A DNA stretch of 64,000 nt, taken from assembly GCF_035084215.1 (NCBI RefSeq), contig NC_090333.1, positions 69,564,001 to 69,628,000 of the forward strand, given 5' to 3'. The position numbers and the translations under genes were made by a program. The first letter of the stretch is position 1; each line of letters starts with the position of its first letter. The DNA is from Heptranchias perlo. Its lineage: Eukaryota. The notes beneath the pieces were generated by a model, which did not search any database, was not told the origin of the DNA, and saw nothing but the letters and a program-made list of their open reading frames with translations. Shown one piece after another: positions 11,691-23,685 of the stretch.

Positions 11691-14319
11691 GATACGAGAC
11701 CAGCATTCAGGATGCCGTCTGATGTTGGTTTGAGCTCACACCTAGTGCAGGACAAATAAGTCTTGTATGCAGAAGAAAGCTATCTCTGTCCTGCAGTAAG
11801 GTGCCTCAGCCCCCATCTCAGTAATGCACCCTCTACATCTGCAATGTGACATTTTCCTATTTCCAACAGCCATTATCTTTTGGACTCGCAAGTGAGATAG
11901 TCAATCAGTATAAATTCGACTAACAAGCGATATGTGGAAATGATTGTACTCTCACATAGAGCAGTAGCATTAATCAGAAGGTCTGCAGCCAAGAGGCTGA
12001 ATAGATATGTCATAGATTAAAGACTAATCTTTAGGCCAAACAAAAGGAAGACATTTTTCTTTTAAACTGTAATTCTTGACAGGTTTGATTCACACGTCTG
12101 CATTGAAGGTGGATCTTCTACTGAAATCACTGCTGTGAACACAACATTGAAATTAATTTGCTGTTACCGACATAAAACACAGACCTCAAAGTTTGAGCCC
12201 CTTCTGGTTTATTTCCTTTCAGCTACTCCCCCACGCCGACCAAGTTAAATCACTCTCCAGGCCCCACTGCCCTGGTGCTGAACCCAGCTCTTTCTACTTT
12301 TTCTCCCATCTCCCGCCCCCAATGCCCTCTTTCATCCAAGCTTATCCAAATAGCCCCAATTTGAATGGGCAAGAACATGATTGAAAACTCTTTCCTGGGC
12401 CATGGCTGAGACTGCATCACCTTCCTGGACAGCAGAGGAAACTTGGCAAAATACTAAAAAGGAACCATGTCTTAAATGCAAAACATCATGCCGAGATACT
12501 GAAGTATCTAAAAGCTGGGTTGTGGCAGAGATTATAACAGACAAGAACACGCAAAAAAACCCCACATCTTCACCATTAGAGAAAGGTTTCAAATTTATTT
12601 GCAAACAATTTGATTTTAGACTTCATCACAATGTAACTGAAGGACAAGGTTTTGGTTACATGTGCATATAAAATCTTGTGGAAAGCAGTCACGAATTATC
12701 AGGACCACATAGTGCCCAAGGATTCCATCTGTTCCACGCAGTTCTTTTGGGTTAGATAAGCACTGCTAGAAACAGAAAAACCACTTGCAGCAAGCAGCTG
12801 CATATGGGGGGAACGGAACATTGAAGAAACTCAAACAAATTATAGAAGTGACGCAAAAGTTACAAATTAAAGCATTTGCAGTCACAGTCCTACGGTCTTT
12901 TATTTCTAGTTAGATTAACTACAGTTCGAAACAGAACAAGGCTGACTCGGTTATCACATGGATAATTACTGGAGTTGTAGAGTTGGCTAAACTAAGGAAC
13001 TGCAACCCAATTGCATTTGTTTTTACTTCTGCGCTTTTAATCCTACTTCAGGATTGGAATGGCTCACGAAGAGCGAAAGACAATGCCGTGCGACCTACTG
13101 ATGTCTCAAAAAAAAAATTCCCCACTGTCTGTGTTGATCTTGGCACAGATTCAGAGTCTGGTCTGCACTGTCAGGAATGAAAATAGAGCTGATTGCTGCA
13201 ACATTCTAACTTGTCCTGCTTTGGAAAGAAAAAAATGTTATCAAAATATAACGGTGATGACTGGGAGATGTGGAGACTGGTGAAATGTTAAAGCGATGGA
13301 CTGTTTTGTGTACTTCAAAAGGCAGCCAATTAACTGCAGTAAAAAAAAATCCTTTTAGAAGATGTAATTTCTGCTGTCCTGTTGGCTCCGAAGTAAACGG
13401 TTTCTGAGCTATACAGACAAAGGTTTGGGCTTTCATCTCCAGTCAATGCTGAGTTAGCTGATAGCAGCACCCTGCGGGCTGGAAGGGGGGGGGGGGGGGG
13501 CAGTGAAGAGACGAACGAGAAAAAAAGGGAACGAGAACAAGGGACGGAGGGATGGATGCAAACAACCCAGGGCTCCTGCCACTGATTGTTACATATCCTT
13601 TGCTGGAAGGGCACACATGTGGAAATTGGGATGGGTCAGGATTAAGCTCAGCCATGATATTTGTTGCAAACAGAAAACTTGCCAACAAGCAGCATCAAGG
13701 CATTCGCAATTAATGGCCACTGGGGAGAGGTACTAGAGGGTGACTATGTCCCTGAATTTGTATCCAGTGAAGAAGCCAACACCTTGAGGAGGACAGCTTT
13801 AAAATTCAAGTTGTTGCTATTACCTTCAATCTACAACTTACGAAGGAGCAAGAAATGTTTACTTTTAGGCTATACTTTACTCAGCTCAGCAGCAGCTATC
13901 ATGCATCATATATTATTAAACATCTGCTCGACATGTAGACCTACAAAAGAAATGAACACGCGTGACTGAAGTACATAATTCACTTTAACATACATAAACA
14001 AAATAGAGGAGAAAGCAGTCCAGACTAAAATCCATTCTGAAAGTATTAATTCATAAGATTACAGTCAAGAGATTTCCAGCAGGCATGTTATTCTAAGTTA
14101 ATATTTCACTTTAGTAGCATCAAGTGCTAAAGCATCACCGGCTAATTTTGGAAACACTGACTGATGTCTTGCCCAACAGGAGGTCACCCTGCCCCACTCA
14201 AAGATCAGCCCTTAGGTAGCTCTGAAACTGCACCCATCACTACCTCTAAACACCTCCCCCCCACCTCCTCCACCATTCTGTTCCCTGCCAACCCACTTAT
14301 TTTCAAACCCATCCAAACT

Positions 14320-14620
14320 GTGAAAAAAAGTTGTTGGTTGAGACCTTCAATCTTATAGCCTGCAGTTCAGGTGGACATAGGATTCCATGGCACTGTTCAA
14401 AGAAAAGCAAGGAGCTCGCCTCCCACTGTACTGGCCAACATGCATCCCTCAACCAAAAACAAAAAATAAACAGCAGGTTAAATGATCATTCATTGCATTT
14501 ACTCGACATGGGTCCTTGCTATGTGCAACATGGCTGCCACGTTGTCCACACAGCAACAGTAACGACACTTCAATAAAAGTAATGTCAAGCGTGTTGGTGT
14601 CCCAAGGACCTGAGACATTA
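14320..14620 (+). mobile_element. Degraded Deu-domain SINE
   Basis: caggtggacata.gattccatggcactgttcaaagaa..ctggccaa; homologous to 40692-41115. Confidence 0.6.
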
Positions 14621-14639
14621 CATAAATGTAAGAGGATAC

Positions 14640-15023
14640 AATGGTGTGGTGTTTATGTTCGTGGATCAGTAATCTAGAGGCCTGGGCTAATAATAATCTA
14701 GTCAAGGTAAGTTCAAACTGCACCATGGCAGATTGAGAATTTGAATTCAGTTTGAAAAATCTGGAAATAAAAAGGGGATATCAGTAAAAAAGTGACCATA
14801 AAGCTCTTGGATTGTCATAAAAACCCAACAGGGTTCACTAATGTCCTTTAGGGAAGGAAGCCTGCCGTCCTTAACCGGTCTGGCCTACATGACTCGAGTC
14901 CCACACCAACGTGGTTGACTCTTGACGTGACCCAGCAAGCCAACTAGTTGTATCACCACCTTCTCAAGGGCAGCTGAGGGTGGGCAATAAATGTCAGCAA
15001 TGCCCATATCCTGAGAATGAATA
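14640..15023 (+). mobile_element. tRNA-derived SINE with a family-B LINE 3' tail
   Basis: tRNA-like head (tggtgtggtg A-box-like, gttcaaact B-box-like), a body, and tail caccaccttctcaagggca..gggcaataaatg..cccatatcctgagaatgaata matching the family-B LINE end. Confidence 0.75.
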
Positions 15024-15626
15024 CATCCAAGTGCTTTATTTTTCCTGTTCAAATTTCATGTTTAAGCATAAACAAAAACTCAATGAAGGCGTAGCCAAGA
15101 TGCAACTTGAGAAATGGAAACTGGCAGTAGATTACGCAAAGAAAATAAAAAGTGGCATCTTCAGTCTTTCATAAATCAGAACTAAAATAAGCTTCCCGTT
15201 GTATTACAATGGGTGGATCAAAGGTCAGTTTTCCCTTCCTTAAAAAACATAAATAGTGAGGCTTTTCCCTTTAATGTCAAAAGGCACCCATTGCTTTCTT
15301 GAAATAGATTGTTCCAATTTATATTATGTTCATTGATTTGCCCCACTCCGATCATCTCCATTCCTGCTCCCCAACCATCCCAAATTAAGATTACTTATTT
15401 TGCATGGGGTGTGGGTTTAAAAAGCACGATAATAGGAGAGAGTGGAATACATTTGAAACAGCACTGGGAAGAAAACAAATTGACAGTTCTGGATAAATTT
15501 AGCTTTGCACACTGCTGCTTGTGTTTTTCCCTTGCATCTCCTGTTTATGACAATAACTTATTTATCCGACACTTCCTCGTGTCAAAGGAAATCCTGAAGT
15601 AAATGTTTGCAGTTCGTAGAACATAC

Positions 15627-15708
15627 TTTTGATGCTTCATGAAATCAGTTCTCAGCTCGTATGAACACTTATTTGGAAGCGCAAGCTGCCAACATTTCAA
15701 GGTTTAAT
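15627..15708 (-). other. Candidate internal exon (82 nt), stops in all three frames
   Basis: Strong acceptor ctctttctttgcag|AT and donor AAA|gtatgt on the minus strand. Confidence 0.4.
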
Positions 15709-15764
15709 CTGCAAAGAAAGAGTTCTTAAATTTCCGTGCCCATCTTTCCCGCAATACTCTGGTT

Positions 15765-17435
15765 GAATCCAGAGGTGGCGGTACAGTGATATACAGTCAA
15801 GAGTGAGTGGCCCTGGGAGTCCTCAACATTGACTCTGGACCCCATGAAATCTCATGGCACCAGGTCAAACATGGGCAAGGATACCTCCTGCTGATTACCA
15901 CCTCCCTCAGCTGACGAATCAGTCCTCCTCCATGTTGAGCATCACTTGAAGGAAGCACTGAGGGTAGCAAGGGCACAGAATGTACTCTGGGTGGAGGACT
16001 TCAATGTCAATCACCAAGAGTGGCTCGGTATCACCACTACTGACCGAGCTGGCCGAGTCTTGAAGGACATAGCTGCCAGACTGGGCCTGCGGCAGGTGGT
16101 GAGTGAACCAACACGAGGGAAAAACCTACTCAATCTACCTGCTGCAGATGCATCTGTCCATGACAGTATTGGTAGGAGTGACCACCACACAGTCCTTGTG
16201 GAGACGAAGTCCCATCTTCACACTGAGGACACCATCCAACGTGTTGTGTGGCACTACCACCGTGCTAAATGGGATAGATTCAGAACAGATCTAGCAGCTC
16301 AAAACTGGGCGTCCATGAGGCGCTGTGGGCCTTCAGCAGATTTGTATTCCGGCACAATCTGAAATCTCATGGCCCGGCATATTCTTCACTCGACCATTAC
16401 AAGCCTGGGGATCAGCCCTGGTTGAATGAGGAGTGCAGAAGAGCATGCCAGGAGCAGCAACAGGCATACCTAAAAATGAGGTGCCAACCTGGTGAAGGTA
16501 CAACACAGGACTACATGCATGCTAAACAGCAGAAGCAACATGCTATAGACAGAGCTAAGCGATTCCACAACCAATGGATCAGATCAAAGCTCTGCAGTCC
16601 TGCCACGTCCAGTTGTGAATGGTGATGGACAATTAAACAACTAACGGGAGGAGGAGGCTCTGTAAACATCCCCATCCTCAATGGCGGCAGAGTCCAGCAC
16701 GTGAGTGCAAAAGACAAGGCTGAACACTTGCAACCATCTTCAGCCAGAAGTGCCGAGTGGATGATCCATCTCGGCCTCCTCCCGATATCCCCACCATCAC
16801 AGAAGCCAGTCTTCAGCCAATTTGATTCGCTCCACGTGATAACAACAAACGGCTGAGTGCACTAGATACAACAAAGGCTATGGGGCCCGACAACATCCCA
16901 GCTGTAGTGCTCAAGACTTGTGCTCTAGAACTAGCCGTGCCTCAGTACAGCAACACTGGCATCTACCAGACAATGTGGAAAATTGCCCAGGTATATCCTG
17001 TCCACAAAAAGCAGGACAAATCCAATCCGGCCAATTACCGCCCCATCAGTCTACTCTCAATCATCAGCAAAGTGATGGAAGGTGTCGACACTGCTATCAA
17101 GCGGCACTTGCTCAACAACAACCTGCTCACCGATGCTCAGTTTGGGTTCCGCCAGGACCACTCGGCTCCAGACCTCATTACAGCCTTGGTCCAAATGTGG
17201 ACAAAAGAGCTGAATTCCAGAGGTGAGGTGAGAGTGACTGCCCTTGACATCAAGGCAGCATTTGACCGAGTGTGGCACCAAGGAGCCCTAGTAAAATTGA
17301 AGTCAATGGGAATCAGGGGGAAAACTCTCCAGTGGCTGAAGTCATACCTAGCACAAAGGAAGATGACAGTGGTTGTTGGAGGCCAATCATCTCAGCCCCA
17401 GGACATTGCTGCAGGGGTTCCTCAGGGCAGTGTCC
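15765..17435 (+). mobile_element. Family-B CR1-group LINE internal fragment (APE endonuclease C-half plus RT), frameshifted
   Basis: DFNV..EWLG..SEPTRGKN..SDH endonuclease motifs. RT motifs GPDNIP..YRPISLLS..QFGFR..ALDIKAAFDRVWH..GVPQGS (16880-17470). Confidence 0.9.
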
Positions 17436-18136
17436 GCATTGGTATCATTCTGCACACTAGGTATACATAAACCAAGGAAGGATGAGTGTGGATTTGAGTG
17501 AGGGAAGAAACCAGGAGAAAATATTTAATATCTGCAACCCTTCTAAAGCATAAAGCCAGGTTTACAACCTGCCAACCAATGCTCTATTCAATCCAGGTAT
17601 TAAATAAATCAAAATGAAGTTGAAAGTCAGTCCAAGTCAGGTCCAGTTTACTGAAGGGACCACAGCAGCTTTCTGTAAAAGAATGTCATTTTGCATTTAC
17701 TGTGTATTTTTACTGATCCATGAACCAAATCACGTGACTGGATAGAAAGCAGCCATGAAATGGCCCATCAGTTAACGGTCAGCTCATGAACGCAGCATAT
17801 ACCTACAGGACTACATACTCTACTGTTATCATCGCCTTGGCAGCACACTGGGTTCTTGCAAACAACATTTACATTATCCCGGTCATACTAAGGAAAAGTT
17901 AATGCATTTTGGTGCTTACACATCATTTATTTATTCTTAGAACAGCAACCTGACCATGAAGATGATTTTTTTTTAAAAAAAGACTTCTGTAAAAACAGCT
18001 GATTAGCTATTTCACAACATTATGGCCAGAAGGCAACTGAATTCCAGCAGTTTAATCATTCCCCTCATTCCTCCTTTTAATATGAATATCTGATCAGCAG
18101 TTCTTTATTTCTCTGGTCATAGCACTATGTGCTTAC

Positions 18137-18205
18137 TTCGGGTAGCCATCTAGTCAAACCAATCTTGTCGATAGTGAATGAAATCAAACATTTGGACTTC
18201 TTGAC
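18137..18205 (-). other. Candidate internal exon (69 nt)
   Basis: Acceptor ttgcttcacatttggcag|GT and donor GAA|gtaagc on the minus strand. Confidence 0.35.
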
Positions 18206-19559
18206 CTGCCAAATGTGAAGCAACAATCGTGTGTTTTGGTTTTAAAGTATCAGCTGTTTTTGATGTCGGTTGGCCTTAAAATAAACACAGCTCCTATATC
18301 ATTCTTGCCAATCATATAAGTCTGTCTTTAGCAGTTTGTCAATGTTGAGAGCTCCATACTTCCTGTGTTAACATGACTCCTTCCCCTCCCCCTCCCACCC
18401 CAAATGAAATTTGTTTAGTTGCTTAAGGAATTGTGTTGATGGGCATGAGCTATCAAAACAAGAGACGAGGCAGTGGGGGTTCATGTCAACAGTTCTTACG
18501 AGTGGCAATAAAATTGGCCATAGCAGGTCAGGTCATTACAAACAATCCACAATCGCTCCAATGGACCAGTAACTTAAACAGAGGAAAGAAAATAATGGAG
18601 GAGAAACCTCACCATGGCTAATAATTTAGAGTATTCTTCGAAGAAGACATAACCAAAAAGTTCACTTGATATTTAGAAAGGATGTGTCACATCAAATAAA
18701 ATGGAGCAGAAAATGATAAAACAAAGGCACATCCACTTGACCTTTTGAGCAAAATTGAAAACCACAATTGGTTGCCAAGAAATTCCTGGGCATAATATCA
18801 AAACACTAGAAGCCGCACCAATGTGAAGCTCTGGTGCCAGTGGTAAATGGAGACTTGCAGGACTGGAAAATACTGGATTGCTTATGTTCTTGTGTTGATT
18901 CCAGTCAACATGACTTCACTCTTTCCCTAAAATAGTGATATCAAAAATCAAATACCGAATACAATTTGACACATGTACTGAAAATGGGCAAACAATTTTA
19001 TAGATCTCAGTCAATACTTTAGATTTAAAATCAGGCATTTTTAACGCCCTTTCACCTGAATTCTAAATTGTTACGTACATATTCTCCACTCCATCCACAA
19101 GCATTGAAAGACAATAAAATTAAGAACCCTTTGAACTAGAGAATGATTTACAAGTTCCATAGTACTAGGAGAGAACATGAAGTACAGGACAGGACAGAAC
19201 AGCATGTCCAGTTAATAAAAGCACTGTATAGTCAGGCCAATTGAGTAATGCTTGTTTTCCCCATCTGTAAGGCAATATCACTTAAATAAGATAAAAAGAG
19301 AAATGGGTTGAACTTATCACTGAAGTCTTATTCAGAGACGCAAAGGAGAAAACCAATGCAGTGATATACCCCATGTGGAGCAGCTGCGTTTCTCTCAAAA
19401 CATCATAAGCCACTTCAAAAAGGCAATCTGGAGAAACTCCTGGTTCACATTATCAATCAACTTGAAGACTGGCTCTCACATCTGAAGATCTATTTACAAT
19501 ACTCAAACACACGTCCCTTTTCCTCACAATCTCAGCCTTTTACTCTACAAGGTTTCCTA

Positions 19560-20158
19560 TGTTGACCGGAGGTCACCGGTTACGGTTATTGGCTTAGTAC
19601 AAACAGAAGAGTCAATTCTCTTCTAACTCTCAATTCACTTTATTCACGCCGTTAGATCATATACATATAGCTTATACGCCTGGTTAGATATAGGCATGCA
19701 GTTTGCACCAGGTTATACAGTTTTATACCCAAACTAAGATCTAAACGCACACCCACTAGGTTTCTCGGACACTCCGAGTGATCACGGAATATATGGGATA
19801 ATACCCGAAAAGGAGAGCTGACGCTGGCCAGGCGGTCCCGTCCCCTCCCGCGATGGTTGGTCTCCAGAGTCTTCACTCTGGCTCCACGCCCCAGATTCTT
19901 CATTCTTCTTCCGAATCTCATCTCTTCAAGCTGTGTTGTCTCTCTCTCCCATTGGTTTAGGCTTGCTCACCTAGTCTGTGTCTTCTCCTCATTGGCTCTG
20001 TCCCAAGGACTTAGGTAGCATTACCTCATTACTCCTTTTCTGAATAAGGACTTGTGTCTTATCTACTGAACTCAGATTACTTCAGTTCAAAAGTTGCTTT
20101 TGCCTGTGTGTTAGCAGTTCGGAATAAACTCAGTAGTTGCTGCAGCCCCTGGCCAACA
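19560..20158 (-). mobile_element. Solo LTR (599 bp), ERV- or Gypsy-type
   Basis: Termini TGTTGACC...GGCCAACA (7/8 inverted match) with 4-bp TSD CCTA (19556-19559 and 20159-20162). Minus-strand CCAAT x2 (~19950, ~19990), TATAAAA (19721-19727) and AATAAA (19639-19644). CpGs retained. Confidence 0.85.
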
Positions 20159-20596
20159 CCTATATCGTTAAACTTGCTGTCCACCTCAGAGGGGAAAAGC
20201 CAAGCAATTGTTCTCGCAAAGCACCGATCTCTGAACTGAAGCCACTTCAAAAAGAGATGAGCCTGCACAGCACAATCCAGTCAATAACTTCGACGGCTTT
20301 GAGATCAAGTTTCCAATAAACACTAAAACATTAGGTTTTTTTAATATACATCTACTATGATTCAAATGTAATTACATATTAGTGTTCAAGATAATAAACA
20401 GTGCAAGTAAAAAGGAACACATTCCCTTCCTCAGAACCACCAATCGCATCAATCATTCCATGTTCACAAGTGGAATGGATTGGATTCAGTTTACAACTCC
20501 CAACAGGAGGATTGCATAGTTACACTTGGTCAGAAAACAGGTGACACTTTATAAATATTCACAAATGCCAGCTAGCTATGTAAATTAAACCAGACA

Positions 20597-21182
20597 AACA
20601 ATAACCTGCATTTATATAGCACCTTTAACATAGTAAAATATCTCAAGGCGCTTCACAGGATGTAATCAGGCAAAAATTGACACCGAGCCAAAGGAGACAT
20701 TAAGACAGGTGGACAAAGGGGTAGGTTTTAAGGAGCAGCTTAAAGGAAGAGGGAGAGATGGAGGTTTAGGGACAGAATACCAGAGCTTGGGGCCTAGACG
20801 GCTGAGAGTAAGGCCGCCTATGGTAAGGCGAAGGAAGTGTGGGATGCACAAGAGGCCAGAGTGGGATGAACACAGTTGTCAGAGGGTTATAGGAAGTTAC
20901 TGAGATAAGGAGGAGCAAGGCCATAGAGGGATTTGAACACAACGATAAGAATTTTAAAAATCAAGGTGGTGTCGGACTGGGAGCCAATGTAGGTCAGTGA
21001 GATGGGTCAACGGGACTTGGTGCAATTTAGGATGCAGGCAGCAGAGTTTTAGATGAGCTTCAGTTTATGAAGGGTGGAAGATGAGTGTATGGCCAGGAAA
21101 ACATTGGAAGAGTCAAGTCTGGAGGTATCAAAAGCATGGATGAGGGTTTCAGCAGATGGGCTGAGGCCTGGGTGAAGACAGA
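20597..21182 (-). mobile_element. L2 LINE 3' end
   Basis: Tail acaataacctgcatttatatagcacc; AETLIHAFDTSRLDSSN motif on the minus strand. Confidence 0.85.
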
Positions 21183-21689
21183 TCTTAACTTCTATAATAA
21201 ACGTACATAATTTGGTGTTCTCAAATAAAACAGGAGTCATTACAACTGGAAAAAGCAGACAAACCCACAGTTTCCTCAACCTTGTCCGATCACAATGTCT
21301 TAATATCAGTGATCATGTCCCCATCTATGCAGGAACTGATGACCCCCCCCCCCCCGCCCCACTCCCACCAATGGGATTTTTACAATTATGTACAACAACA
21401 TTTTTGGTCATAAAAATCTCAGACAAATCGCTTCCCCTTCCTCTGTCATTTGGAAAATTAGGGTTTACTTTGCCAAGCATGAACATATTTTAGGAAACAG
21501 TTTATGGTAAAGACAGTTTCTTTCAAACTATTGATGTTAAAATACAAGCGTTTACTCGGATAAGCTCAGGATTTATAACTAAATTTCTGTACCACATAAA
21601 ATTACCAATCATTCCTCTACCTACTTTCAATCTCAAGTGCGAATCAGTAATTTGTTGGGTTGTCCACTTTAGGCATGAATTAATATTAA

Positions 21690-22312
21690 CAACCGCACCA
21701 CATCAAGGTAATTCACAGAGGCATAAGGAAAAAACAATTGCTGAGCCAAGGCAGGGATACTAAGAGAAGGGAGGAAAAGCTTTAATGAGGGGTCTTAGAG
21801 GAGGAGAATGAGGAATTTCAGAGTGTGGGGCCTAGGTGGACAAAGACATATGGGGAATGCAGAAGAGGCCAGAGTCAGAGGAACAGAAAGTTGGGGGGGG
21901 GGGGCGCGGGGGAAAAGGGTGTAGAACTCTAGGAAGTTAGAGATAGGAAGTGTTTCAAGCATGAAAGGATTTGAAACGAGATGAGAATTTTGAGGTATTG
22001 GAGGGCCAGGAGCTAATATAAGTCAGGGGGATAGGAAAGCAGGACTTAGTACAGGATAGGTACAGGCAACAGAGTTTTGTTGGAGCTGAAGCTTACAGAG
22101 GGTGGAAGATCGAGGCTGGCCAGGAGAGCATTGAAATAATAGTCTGGAGGAGGTGACAGAGGCATGGATGAGATGGGCTAAGACAGGCAATGGTATGGAA
22201 GTGGAAATTGGCGATCTTTGTGATGGAGAGGATATGGGGTCAGAAACTCAGCCTAGTCTGTTTCAGCCTCAGACAAGGGCCAGGGGAGGTTGATGGAATC
22301 AGTGGGAAGGGC
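21690..22312 (-). mobile_element. Older L2 3' fragment
   Basis: Diverged homology to 20597-21182 (agaggccagagt, gcagagtttt, gcatggatgag). Confidence 0.7.
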
Positions 22313-22642
22313 ATATAACCATCTGGAGTTATTTATCATTAGATCCTACCAAGCTGAAGAGGCATCAACTTAAGCAGTATCCAAGTTTAATATTTTATTT
22401 TAAGTAATAAGATTTCTAAGGAGTTTGTCCAGTACTATTTTGAAAATCCAAATGCAACTCCCACTCAATATGGAAGCACTGCAGTTCATATTTCTCAATG
22501 ATCACCTTCCATATAGGTTTTTGCCCATGACTTTGGCTTACCACTTTACAAACCAGTTTCCCCAACAGGAAAATTCACCTGCAGAAGGGATAACTAAAAA
22601 AGTCTGAAAACGAGATTAAAAGACATATAGGTCACATTGCAA

Positions 22643-22977
22643 GTACCATCCACAGGATGCACTGCAGCAACGCGCCAAGGCTTCTTCGGCAGCACCTCCC
22701 AAATCTGCGACCTCTGCCACCTAGAAGGGAAGCATGGGAACATTACCTCCAAGTTCCCCTCCAAGTCACACCATCCCGACTTGGAAATATATCACCGTTC
22801 CTTCACTGTCACTGGGTCAAAATCCTGGAACTCCCTACCCAACAGCACTGTGGGAGAACCTTCACCACACGGACTGCAGCGGTTCAAGGCGGCGGCTCAC
22901 GACCACCTTCTCAAGGGCAATTAGGGATGGGCAATAAATGCCGGCCTTGCCAGCGACACCCACATCCCGAGAATGAA
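22643..22977 (+). mobile_element. Family-B LINE 3' end
   Basis: Near-identical to 2600-2960. Confidence 0.88.
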
Positions 22978-23014
22978 TTGTTTTTAAATTGTCTTAGTAT
23001 CCAATCAAACAAAG

Positions 23015-23385
23015 AAAAGATTTGTATCTCCACAGTGCCTTATTGCATTCTCAAACATCCCAAAGCACTTCACAAATAATTAATTAGTTTGAAATTCTGT
23101 GAATTTGGTAGGCAAAAGTGGCACCCATTTTCCAACATCAAGATCCCACAAAGAGCAGTCTGGTTTTTGGATGCTGGTTGAGGGAGGTATGTTGGCCAGC
23201 ACACCAGAACTTCCTACTCCTCTTCAAATATTACAATATCTTAATTGCAAGTCTTTATTCTGAAGGACTACATCTCCAACAATGCAGCACTCCATTCGAT
23301 CATCTGCCAAGGTTATATACTGAAGGCCTACAGTGGGGCATGAATCTACAATTTTCTTACTAACGAGAATGCTCTCAAATGAGCA
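23015..23385 (-). mobile_element. Degraded Deu-domain SINE
   Basis: catcccaaagcacttcaca, agatcccacaaa, gcagcactcc segments; homologous to 44247-44698. Confidence 0.55.
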
Positions 23386-23467
23386 GAGTGGACACTGGCT
23401 GACTAATTAGAGTAATACAGGATATAGCAGCATATAAATTGTACCTCACCCGGTCCTGAGCAATAGA

Positions 23468-23685
23468 CAGCCATGGCTCAGTGGTAGCATTTCCACCTCT
23501 GCGTCAGAAGGTTGTGGGTTCAAGTCTTACTCCAGGAACTTGAGCTTTTTAATCTAGGCTGACATTTCAGTGCAGGACTGAGGGAGTGCTGCCCTGTCGG
23601 AGGTGCCATCTTTCGGATAAGACATTCGCCCGATGTAAAAGATCCCATGGCACCATTGCAATGAACAGAGGAGTTCTCCCTGGTT
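23468..23685 (+). mobile_element. Deu-domain SINE (SacSINE1/AmnSINE1-like), 5' part
   Basis: tggctcagtggtagca A box, gggttcaagtc B box, then actgagggagtgctgc..tgtcggaggtgccatctttcggat..aaaagatcccatggca. Confidence 0.8.

Noticed and set aside
23468-23535. tRNA gene
   Set aside because: It is a SINE head followed by a Deu domain, not a complete cloverleaf.
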